DNA of 16,986 nt from Candidatus Fervidifonticultor quintus (GTDB taxonomy: Bacteria > Sysuimicrobiota > Sysuimicrobiia > Sysuimicrobiales > Humicultoraceae), in NCBI GenBank assembly GCA_031459535.1, contig JAVKIJ010000072.1, positions 1-16,986 on the forward strand. The letters run 5' to 3'. This document shows, in pieces, positions 1 to 6,196 of the stretch. Each line of letters starts with the position of its first letter. Position 1 is the stretch's first letter. The position numbers and the translations under genes are program-made. The notes beneath the pieces are model-generated. The model searched no databases, had not been told where the DNA came from, and saw only the letters and a list, made by a program, of their open reading frames with translations.

Positions 1-126
1 CGTACCTGCGGTTCTACAATCGGGAGCGGCCCCATCTGGGCTATCGCCTCAAGGGGCGAACCCCGGCCATGGCATTCAGGACTCGATTGGAGTCTCAAAG
101 TGCAAACACCTAGTCCGAACTTGACA
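1..126 (+). mobile_element. Right end of an IS481-family (integrase-core, DDE) insertion sequence, truncated by the window start
   Basis: The frame from nt 3 reads YLRFYNRERPHLGYRLKGRTPAMAFRTRLESQSANT*. YNxxRPH...GxTP is the C-terminal motif of IS481/IS3-type transposases. It is followed by ...CCTAGTCCGAACTTGACA, ending in ACA-3' at 126 (IS481 ends are TGT...ACA). The left IR is outside the window. Confidence 0.75.
3..113 (+). CDS. IS481-family transposase, C-terminal 36 aa (5'-partial)
   Basis: Hand translation; YNRERPHLGY...GRTP motif; TAG at 111-113. Confidence 0.8.
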   Translation, partial: YLRFYNRERPHLGYRLKGRTPAMAFRTRLESQSANT

Positions 127-128
127 CC

Positions 129-938
129 CTAGCGACCGCCGATCCGGGGCCCCAGGGCCGAGGCCGCCCCAAACAATAGCAGCGCCACCAGCACGATGGC
201 TCCACCGGCCGCCACATCGAGATAGAACGACGCCATCATCCCCACCAGCACCGCGACCAGGGAGCAGGCGGCCGCCAGCACCAGGGTCTCGCGGAAACTG
301 CGGGCCAGCCGAAGGGCCGTGAGCGCAGGGATCACCAGCAGACCGCTGGTCAGCAGAATGCCCACGATGCGCATCACCACCACCACCGTCACCGCCGTCA
401 AGGCGGTGAGCAGCAGATTGATGGCGTCCACCGCAACGCCCTGTACCCGGGCACCCTCCTCATCAAACGTAATGGCGAACAGCTCCTTGTACATGAGGAC
501 CACATGCCCCAGCACCGCCAGCCCCAGGATCAGGATGACCCACAGGTCGCGCGGCTGCACCACCGTGATGGCGCCGAACAGATAGGAGAACAACTCCACG
601 TTGAAGCCGTTGGCCAGACTGATCAGCACCACGGCCACGGCAAACCCGCCGGAGAGGGCCATGGCCAGGACCGCTTCACCGAACAGCCGGCCGGAGACCC
701 GCAGCCGCTCGATGCCCACCGCCCCCACCAGCGCGGCCACCAGGGCCCCCGCCACCGGATAGGTGTTCAGGAGGATGCCGGCAGCGACGCCGGCCAGCGC
801 CACGTGCGACAGGGTGTCGGCGATGAGGCTGAGCCGCCGCAGCACGAGAAAGACGCCGATGAGGGGGGCGATGACACCGATCATCAAGCCGGCCAGCATC
901 GCCCGCTGCATGAACCCGTACTGCAGGATCTCCGGCAT
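129..938 (-). CDS. znuB: Zn/Mn ABC transporter permease (ABC-3 family), 269 aa
   Basis: MPEILQYGFMQRAMLAG...GVFLVLRRLSLIADTLSHVALAGVA...LFSYLFG...FDEEGARVQG; many hydrophobic helices. Start reassigned to ATG 938, preceded by AGGTGG and just after the znuC stop. The track's longer N-terminus is a shadow frame. Confidence 0.93.
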   Translation of the reverse strand: MPEILQYGFMQRAMLAGLMIGVIAPLIGVFLVLRRLSLIADTLSHVALAGVAAGILLNTYPVAGALVAALVGAVGIERLRVSGRLFGEAVLAMALSGGFAVAVVLISLANGFNVELFSYLFGAITVVQPRDLWVILILGLAVLGHVVLMYKELFAITFDEEGARVQGVAVDAINLLLTALTAVTVVVVMRIVGILLTSGLLVIPALTALRLARSFRETLVLAAACSLVAVLVGMMASFYLDVAAGGAIVLVALLLFGAASALGPRIGGR

Positions 939-946
939 CGCGCCAC

Positions 947-1738
947 CTAGTGCCGGTGGGTCACCACCAGGCTCTCCGGGCGGTACATCCGGGCGACGGC
1001 CCCGCACCGGATTGCCTCCTCGGGGTCGCCGTGGAACACCAAGCTCCGGTTCAGGCACGCCAGCCGGTTCACTTCCTGGGCAATCACCGAGATGTCGTGG
1101 GACACCAGGACCAGGGTCGTTCCCATGTCCCGGTTGAGCCGACGCAGCAGGCTGTAGAACTGCTCCTGGGCTTCGACGTCCACGCCGACCGTGGGTTCGT
1201 CCAGCACCAACAGATCGGGGTGGGTCGCCAGCGCCCGGGCGATGAACACGCGCTGCTGCTGCCCGGCTGAGAGCCGGCCGATGAGCCGATCGCGGAACCC
1301 GGCCATCCCCACGGTCTCCAGTACCGCCAGGGCCGCCTCGCGGTCTTCCCTGGTGAAGCGTCGCGCCAGACCCGCGCGGCCGCACCGCCCGGACAGGACC
1401 ACCTCGAAGACGCTGGCCGGGAACCGCGACTCGAACGCCACCGCCTTCTGCGGCACATAGCCGATGCGGTGCCAGTCGCGGAACTCCCTGACGCTGATCC
1501 CGAAGAGCCGCACATGCCCGCACTCGGAACGTGCCAGCCCCAGCATGATCCGCAGCAGGGTGGTCTTGCCGCCGCCGTTGGGGCCAATAACGCCCAGGAA
1601 GTCGCCCCGCTCGATCCGCAGGCTGACCTCGTGCAACACCTGGTCAGCCCCGTAGCTGAAGCAGACGTGCTCCAGCTCCACCAGCGGCGCGGTGCTATGG
1701 GCAGTCCAGCCCTTCGACGAGCTGTTGGAGATTCTCAT
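947..1738 (-). CDS. znuC: Zn/Mn ABC transporter ATP-binding protein
   Basis: Walker A GPNGGGKTT, IGYVPQ, signature LSAGQQQR, Walker B LLVLDEPT, LVSHD, C-terminal HRH. Start uncertain (ATG 1738 inside znuA, or GTG 1681); see findings. Confidence 0.92.
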   Translation of the reverse strand: MRISNSSSKGWTAHSTAPLVELEHVCFSYGADQVLHEVSLRIERGDFLGVIGPNGGGKTTLLRIMLGLARSECGHVRLFGISVREFRDWHRIGYVPQKAVAFESRFPASVFEVVLSGRCGRAGLARRFTREDREAALAVLETVGMAGFRDRLIGRLSAGQQQRVFIARALATHPDLLVLDEPTVGVDVEAQEQFYSLLRRLNRDMGTTLVLVSHDISVIAQEVNRLACLNRSLVFHGDPEEAIRCGAVARMYRPESLVVTHRH

Positions 1739-2639
1739 TCATCACCGTGAAGTAGGTAGCCCCTACCGCCTGCCGATCAAGCGTCAGGCCTTCCACCGGA
1801 TCGAGGACCAGCGTCCTGGCGCCAACCTCGCGGGCGATGGTCTGCGCCACCTTGGGGCTGGCCAGCGTCTCAAAGTAGATCGCGCGCACCCGATACTGCC
1901 GCACCTGGTGCAGGACCTGCCGCAGGCGAATGGGCGACGGCTCGGCCTCCGGGGAGAGACCCGAGATGGCGATCATGCGCAGGCCGTACCGCCGTGCGAA
2001 ATAGGAGAAGGCGGCGTGGGCCGTGACGATGGTCCGCTGACGACACCTCCCCAGCCGTACGGCGATCCGTTCGTGCAGGGCCGCCAGATCGGCCTCCAGC
2101 GATGCGGCATTGGCCCGGTACACCTCCCGCCGACCGGGGTCGACCCTGGCGAGGGCGTCCAGGATGCGGCCGGCCTGGCGCTGGGCCAGCAGCGGATCGA
2201 GCCACACATGCGGGTCTGCCCTGGCGGCCTCGCGCTGCTCCCGCCTGCCGGCCCCGTGAGGCTGGTCGTCGTGCCGCCCCGCGAGGAGCAGGAGGCCCGC
2301 CGTGGTGTCGACGCGCTCCACGGTCTCCGGGAGCGTGGGCAGCACCTTCTCGACCCAGGGCTCGAATCCTGCACCGTTGTAGACCAGCACCCGGGCCCGA
2401 TGGAGGGTGGCCATGTCCTGGGCCGAGGGTTCGAAGTCGTGCGGCGAGACCCCGGGAGGGACCAGGTTGCGCACGTCGACGCCGTCGCCGCCGATGCGCT
2501 TGGTGAACTCGTAGAGGGGATAGAACGAGGCGATCACCGAGATCCTGGCCGGCGCCTGGCCGGGCTGCGGCCTCCCGAGGGGCGACGCGCAGCCGCCGAC
2601 CAGCACCGCAAGCACCACAGAGAGCGCGGGCCACCTCAT
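1695..2639 (-). CDS. znuA: Zn ABC transporter substrate-binding lipoprotein (cluster A-I), 314 aa
   Basis: Signal peptide with lipobox (MRWPALSVVLAVLVGG-C); SFYPLYEF, SPHDFEP, DPHVWLDP, TAHAAFSYF and DPVEG motifs; short His/Asp loop RHDDQPH. ATG 2639 overlaps the zur TGA (ATGA coupling). Confidence 0.93.
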   Translation of the reverse strand: MRWPALSVVLAVLVGGCASPLGRPQPGQAPARISVIASFYPLYEFTKRIGGDGVDVRNLVPPGVSPHDFEPSAQDMATLHRARVLVYNGAGFEPWVEKVLPTLPETVERVDTTAGLLLLAGRHDDQPHGAGRREQREAARADPHVWLDPLLAQRQAGRILDALARVDPGRREVYRANAASLEADLAALHERIAVRLGRCRQRTIVTAHAAFSYFARRYGLRMIAISGLSPEAEPSPIRLRQVLHQVRQYRVRAIYFETLASPKVAQTIAREVGARTLVLDPVEGLTLDRQAVGATYFTVMNENLQQLVEGLDCP

Positions 2640-3094
2640 CGCGCCGGCACCCCGACCTGCCGCGACCGCTGGGCGTCGCGGACGAGGCGACCGCGCCCGA
2701 GAAAGCTGCGGCACCTGGCACAGTAGCCAAACATCTCCAGCTGGTGCCCCGTGATCTCGAACCCCGCCAGGCGGCGGGGGATGGCTGGCACCGGGCAGCC
2801 GTTGATCGATCGCCAGGCCCCGCAGACCAGACACACCACGTGATCGTGGTGCCTGGCCGCTAGCCCGTAGCGCACTCTGCCGTCCCCCACGTGGGCGGGC
2901 TCGACGAGTCCTTCCTGGACGAAGAGACCGAGCGCACGGTACACGGTGGCCAGACCAATGGGTCGCCGGCGACGCCTCAGGCGCCTGTGGAGCTCCTCGG
3001 CGGTGAGATGACATGGCGCGTCGGCCATGGCCTCCAGAATCGCCTGGCGCTGCCAGGTGTCCCGCTGGCGGAGAGGGCGACGAATCCCGGGCAT
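2636..3094 (-). CDS. zur: Fur-family metalloregulator, probably Zur, 152 aa
   Basis: HLTAEELH, IGLATVYRAL, HHDHVVCLVCG and GYCARC (two CxxC); first gene of the znu operon; GAGG 8 nt before ATG 3094. The family is clear; zinc specificity is inferred from context. Confidence 0.88.
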   Translation of the reverse strand: MPGIRRPLRQRDTWQRQAILEAMADAPCHLTAEELHRRLRRRRRPIGLATVYRALGLFVQEGLVEPAHVGDGRVRYGLAARHHDHVVCLVCGAWRSINGCPVPAIPRRLAGFEITGHQLEMFGYCARCRSFLGRGRLVRDAQRSRQVGVPAR

Positions 3095-3106
3095 GCCGGT
3101 CGCCTC

Positions 3107-3131
3107 GTTGTTGAGAATTGTTATCAATAAC
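3107..3131. promoter_or_regulatory. Fur/Zur-type operator (imperfect palindrome)
   Basis: GTTGTTGAGAAT-T-GTTATCAATAAC, 9 of 12 positions symmetric. Core TGAGAAT-N-GTTATCA resembles the 7-1-7 Fur-family box TGATAAT-N-ATTATCA. It is an AT-rich island in GC-rich DNA and overlaps the -10/start region of the zur promoter, implying autoregulation. Confidence 0.8.
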
Positions 3132-3158
3132 CTAGCACGAGCTCAAGACCGTTGTCAA
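3129..3158 (-). promoter_or_regulatory. Sigma70-type promoter of zur-znuACB
   Basis: TTGACA (3158-3153), 18 nt spacer, TAGGTT (3134-3129) with extended -10 TGn. Confidence 0.7.
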
Positions 3159-3202
3159 CCGATCGGTAGCCGCAACCGCTGCACCAGCAGCCAAGGCGGT
3201 AC

Positions 3203-3231
3203 TTGCAATGAGAGTGACCGCCGCGTAGCAT
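3203..3231 (+). promoter_or_regulatory. Sigma70-type promoter of the His-rich ORF-sco-pcuAC unit
   Basis: TTGCAA (3203-3208), 17 nt spacer, TAGCAT (3226-3231). Confidence 0.6.
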
Positions 3232-3265
3232 AATGGCTGCTGCTGTGGTGTCCACCGTCCCTGGT

Positions 3266-3661
3266 ATGCAGGCGCGCCTCATGCTGGCAGCCCTGGCCGG
3301 AAGGCTACTGGTGTCGCTGCTAGGTCCCGCAGCCGTCGAGTGGGATCCCTACCACACCCACGTGACAGTCGGGGGTACGCCGCGGCAGCGGGCGGCAGCG
3401 CTCGCGCACCACCGGCACGATCACACCCGGCATGCCACGACCTGCCACGACCATGACGGCGCCGGAGCCCGGGTCCTGTCCATCACCTCCGGCTCGGCGA
3501 CCGGCGCGCTGGTTGCCAGCCTCACCGGTGCCGCGTCCGCGGTCACTGCCGGGACCGGGGTCCCCGGGCCCGCACCCTCGGGACGCATACCGCCGTCAGT
3601 TCACCCTTGCCACAGTCTGATCGCCCACGGGGTTCCAGAGCCTCCCCCAGAGGTCGCCTGA
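3266..3661 (+). CDS. Hypothetical His-rich exported/membrane protein with C-terminal PEPPP; candidate CutF/CruR-like leader, about 131 aa
   Basis: Hydrophobic N-terminus, DPYHTH, HHRHDHTRHATTCHDH, Ala/Gly/Ser linker, HPCHSLIAH, end GVPEPPPEVA*. Fills the gap between the promoter and sco. ATG 3266 preferred because ATG 3233 abuts the -10 box; no clear SD for either start. Confidence 0.65.
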   Translation: MQARLMLAALAGRLLVSLLGPAAVEWDPYHTHVTVGGTPRQRAAALAHHRHDHTRHATTCHDHDGAGARVLSITSGSATGALVASLTGAASAVTAGTGVPGPAPSGRIPPSVHPCHSLIAHGVPEPPPEVA

Positions 3662-3756
3662 CCCTCATCCAGCCGGCGGACCCACCGTGCGCGCACGGGT
3701 GCGCGTCAGGCCCAAGAGGCAGACACCGTCCGCGGCACGGCATCAGGAGGCAGATC

Positions 3757-4332
3757 ATGCGACGCATGTTGGTGACCATGGTAGCCGTCATGCTGGCCGC
3801 TTCGTGCCAGCGCGCCAGCTTCCGCGGGAAGGTGCTGCCGGACCCGCGACCGGTTCCCGCGCTGACCCTGACAGACCAGCACGAGCGCCCGTTCAACTTC
3901 GCCGAGCAACGGGGAAAGGTGTTGCTGGTCTTCTTCGGCTACACCCGGTGTCCGGATGTGTGCCCGTTGACCCTGGGCACGTTCAAGCAGGTGGCCAAGC
4001 AATTGGGCCGCGACGCCGCTGGCGTGCGGTTCGTGTTCGTCACCGTGGACCCGGAGCAGGACACGCCGGCCTTCCTCGAGCGCTACCTGCGCCTGTTCAA
4101 CCCGGACTTCGTCGGCCTAACAGGCACGGCGGAGCAGCTCAAACCCGTCTATGCGTTCTTCGGGACCTCATTCCGAAAGGTACCGGATCCGAAGAGCGCC
4201 GTCGGCTATCTCATGGCTCACTCAGTCAATACGGCCGTCGTCGATCGGGCGGGCCGGTGGCGTTTGAACATCGGCCACGACACGGCGGCCGGCGACATCG
4301 AGCACGACCTCAGGCTGTTGTTGCGACAGTGA
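3757..4332 (+). CDS. senC: SCO1/SenC copper chaperone (lipoprotein), 191 aa
   Basis: AGGAGG 6 nt before ATG 3757; lipobox LAAS-C; FFGYTRCPDVCP (CxxxC), VTVDPEQDTP, conserved His in YLMAHS. Confidence 0.94.
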   Translation: MRRMLVTMVAVMLAASCQRASFRGKVLPDPRPVPALTLTDQHERPFNFAEQRGKVLLVFFGYTRCPDVCPLTLGTFKQVAKQLGRDAAGVRFVFVTVDPEQDTPAFLERYLRLFNPDFVGLTGTAEQLKPVYAFFGTSFRKVPDPKSAVGYLMAHSVNTAVVDRAGRWRLNIGHDTAAGDIEHDLRLLLRQ

Positions 4333-4359
4333 GATCTCACCCAGAGGAGCGTGGTGTCC

Positions 4360-4821
4360 ATGCACGACTACCGAAAGTTGGGAAGTGCCCTGGTCGGCCT
4401 GATCATGGCAGGCGCGTTGGCTGCCTGGGCGGGATCGGCGTCGGCGCACGAAGCGGCCAAGATTCGCATCGCGAACGCGTGGGCTCGACCGGGCATCGCC
4501 AGCGCCGCGACGCCGCCAGGCCACATGGGCACGAAGATGCCCGGCAACTCGGCGATCTACATGGTGATCTACAACGACGGCACCGCCAGCGACCGTCTGG
4601 TCGGCGCGAGCACCGACGTGGCGAAGACCGTGGAACTCCATCGGACTACGGTGGAGGGCGGCATGGCGCAGATGAGGAGGATCGCCGGTATTGATGTCCC
4701 GGCCAATGGCAAGGTGGAGCTGAAACCGGGCGGCCTGCACGTGATGCTGATCGGGCTGAAGCGTGACCTCAAGGCCGGCGACACGTTCCCAGTTACGCTC
4801 ACGTTCCAGAGGTCTGGCTAG
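4360..4821 (+). CDS. PCu(A)C periplasmic copper chaperone; TAG at 4819-4821 looks premature, and the family-like frame continues to TGA at 4852-4854
   Basis: Signal peptide ending ASA-H; AWAR, SAIYM and DRLVGA motifs; exact H-x10-M-x21-H-x-M copper motif (ELHRTTVEGGMAQM...PGGLHVM). The start could also be GTG 4351 or 4354; SD AGGAG at 4345-4349. Confidence 0.9.
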   Translation: MHDYRKLGSALVGLIMAGALAAWAGSASAHEAAKIRIANAWARPGIASAATPPGHMGTKMPGNSAIYMVIYNDGTASDRLVGASTDVAKTVELHRTTVEGGMAQMRRIAGIDVPANGKVELKPGGLHVMLIGLKRDLKAGDTFPVTLTFQRSG

Positions 4822-5073
4822 GTGCGGCTGACCGTGCAGGTCCGCGCGCCCTGATTCTCGCCAGAGAAACACTGACGCGGCCGGGCCGGGGAAGGCAGAT
4901 GGGGATGCGACGGTGCGCCGCAGTTGCCCGCTGGGCGCTGCGGAAGTCCTTCGTCGCGAGTCACCAGGCGCCGTGCCGGATTCGGCGACTGGCAGGTTTC
5001 TTCCCCGGGTCCCGACCGCGTCATCTTCCAGACGCTGGTCGTCCGCTCGCGCGCTCCGAGGGGCTCCCCGGGG

Positions 5074-5114
5074 AGAAACAAGTAGCGAGCGCGAATGGAA
5101 GCACTCGCCTCGCC
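5074..5114 (-). terminator. Intrinsic terminator of the riboswitch expression platform
   Basis: GGCGAG-GCGAGUG-[CUUC]-CAUUCGC-(G)-CUCGCU gives a 13-bp stem with one bulge and two G-U pairs, followed by ACUUGUUUCU (imperfect U tract). Confidence 0.65.
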
Positions 5115-5121
5115 GGTGCTT

Positions 5122-5204
5122 CCTCTTCGGCAACCCAGCCGGCCACGCCCGGTGGCCCTGTGGCTTTGCGTCCCCGAATCGCTCCGGGTTTGCCCGTTCG
5201 GAGG
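5122..5204 (-). promoter_or_regulatory. c-di-GMP-I (GEMM) riboswitch aptamer
   Basis: Minus strand CCUCCGAAC-GGGCAAA-CCCGGA[GCGA]UUCGGG-GACGCAAAGCC-ACAG-GGCCAC[CGGGC]GUGGCC-GGCUG-GGUUGCCGAAGAGG. It has the hallmark GGCAAAC, GNRA-capped P2, GACGCAAAGC and GGUURCCGA segments, and CCUC/GAGG closes P1. Positions equivalent to Vc2 G20, A47 and C92 are G5194, A5167 and C5130, pointing to c-di-GMP rather than cGAMP. Confidence 0.92.
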
Positions 5205-5233
5205 TCGTCACGTTACGCTATGCGATTGCCTCC

Positions 5234-5262
5234 ACCATACACCAAGACCACCATCCTGGCAA
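5234..5262 (-). promoter_or_regulatory. Sigma70-type promoter driving the riboswitch transcript
   Basis: TTGCCA (5262-5257), 17 nt spacer, TATGGT (5239-5234); predicted start near 5227, about 23 nt before the aptamer. Confidence 0.6.
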
Positions 5263-5347
5263 GGAAGATCACCGAAAGAACCACGACGAAAACTGCCGGG
5301 AATCGTGGCAGGAAGTTCCGCACCACCCTGCGAAGCCGCGTACTGGC

Positions 5348-6115
5348 ATGTCGATCCGCGAGCCTGCGCATGGGGCGGCCGGGTTCGTTCCCGAACGTGT
5401 GGCCGAGCACCTGGTCGCCTGGCTGCGCCAGCGCGCCGACGAAGCCGGCGCGACGGGCGCGGTCGTGGCCATCTCCGGCGGCGTGGACTCGGCCGTGGCT
5501 GCGGCGCTGTGTCGTCGCGCGTTCCCCCAGACCACGCTGGGGCTGGTGCTCCCCTGTCACAGCCATCCCCAGGACACTGCCGATGCCGAGCGCGTCTGCC
5601 TGACATTGGAGATCACGTACACGACCGTGGTCCTCGACGCGGTCTACGACGCGCTGGCCGCGGCCCTGGGCACGAGCCCCCAGTTCTCCCCGCATCCGGT
5701 GGCGCTGGCTAATCTCAAGCCGCGGCTGCGGATGACGACGCTCTACTACTTCGCCAACCGGCTGAACCGGCTCGTGGTCGGCACCGGCAACCGCAGCGAA
5801 GCGTACGTGGGCTACTTCACCAAGTACGGCGACGGCGGCGTGGACGTGCAGCCGCTCGCCAACCTGGTGAAGAGCGAGGTCAGGGCGCTGGCCGAGCACC
5901 TGGGTGTTCCGCCGGACATCATCCACCGCACGCCGACCGCCGGACTGTGGCCCGGGCAGACCGACGAGGACGAGATGGGTCTGACCTACGCAGCCCTCGA
6001 TAGTTATCTGCAAAGCGGCGAGGCGCCGCCGGCGGTCCGTGAGCGCATCGAGCAACTCCATCGGGCCAGCGAGCACAAGCGCCGCACCCCACCCATTGCC
6101 GATATCCCGCGCTGA
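5348..6115 (+). CDS. nadE: NH3-dependent NAD+ synthetase (single domain), about 255 aa
   Basis: VVAISGGVDSAV, ANLKPRLRM, GTGNRSE, GYFTKYGDGG, PTAGLWPGQTDEDEMG, SEHKR. No glutaminase domain. Start ATG 5348 has no clear SD; GTG 5398 is possible. Confidence 0.95.
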   Translation: MSIREPAHGAAGFVPERVAEHLVAWLRQRADEAGATGAVVAISGGVDSAVAAALCRRAFPQTTLGLVLPCHSHPQDTADAERVCLTLEITYTTVVLDAVYDALAAALGTSPQFSPHPVALANLKPRLRMTTLYYFANRLNRLVVGTGNRSEAYVGYFTKYGDGGVDVQPLANLVKSEVRALAEHLGVPPDIIHRTPTAGLWPGQTDEDEMGLTYAALDSYLQSGEAPPAVRERIEQLHRASEHKRRTPPIADIPR

Positions 6116-6162
6116 GGACCTCCGCCCCAGCCGCCGACGTTCTCCGAGGGGCGTTCCCACGG

Positions 6163-6168
6163 TACAAT
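6163..6168 (+). promoter_or_regulatory. Probable -10 element for mfd
   Basis: TACAAT in an AT-rich intergenic patch about 30 nt before the start; weak -35 (TTCTCC at 17 nt). Confidence 0.45.
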
Positions 6169-6196
6169 AAAAGTTACGGCAGTTTTGGAGCGCGCT

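Noticed and set aside
121-150. IS-derived TTGACA forming a hybrid promoter antisense to znuB
   Set aside because: No -10-like hexamer 16-18 nt downstream (the sequence there is CCGGGG).
4819-4821. Pyrrolysine or alternative genetic code at the pcuAC TAG
   Set aside because: TAG ends many genes in the window at their expected C-termini, and no pyl genes or tRNA are visible.
4818-5081. 87-aa (or 68-aa from ATG 5024) minus-strand ORF as the riboswitch target
   Set aside because: TTG 5081 lies in the terminator tail, ATG 5024 has no properly spaced SD, and the sequence is low-complexity and overlaps the pcuAC tail. Not called as a feature, though not formally excluded.
4876-5085. Plus-strand frames after pcuAC (MGMRRCAAV... 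from 4899; ...PDRVIFQTLVVR...*) as a gene or gene remnant
   Set aside because: No recognisable family. One frame has only a TTG start and the other runs on through the riboswitch into nadE.
5186-5200. cGAMP-sensing GEMM-Ib variant
   Set aside because: The position equivalent to Vc2 nt 20 is G (5194), not A.
5257-5321. TGGCA(A)GGAAG repeated at 5257 and 5306 as a sigma54 promoter or operator
   Set aside because: GG-N10-GC spacing is not met; two short imperfect copies are too weak to call.
4913-5347. 145-aa N-terminal extension of NadE in the ORF track
   Set aside because: It runs through the antisense riboswitch and promoter, does not resemble a nitrilase/glutaminase domain, and has no SD.
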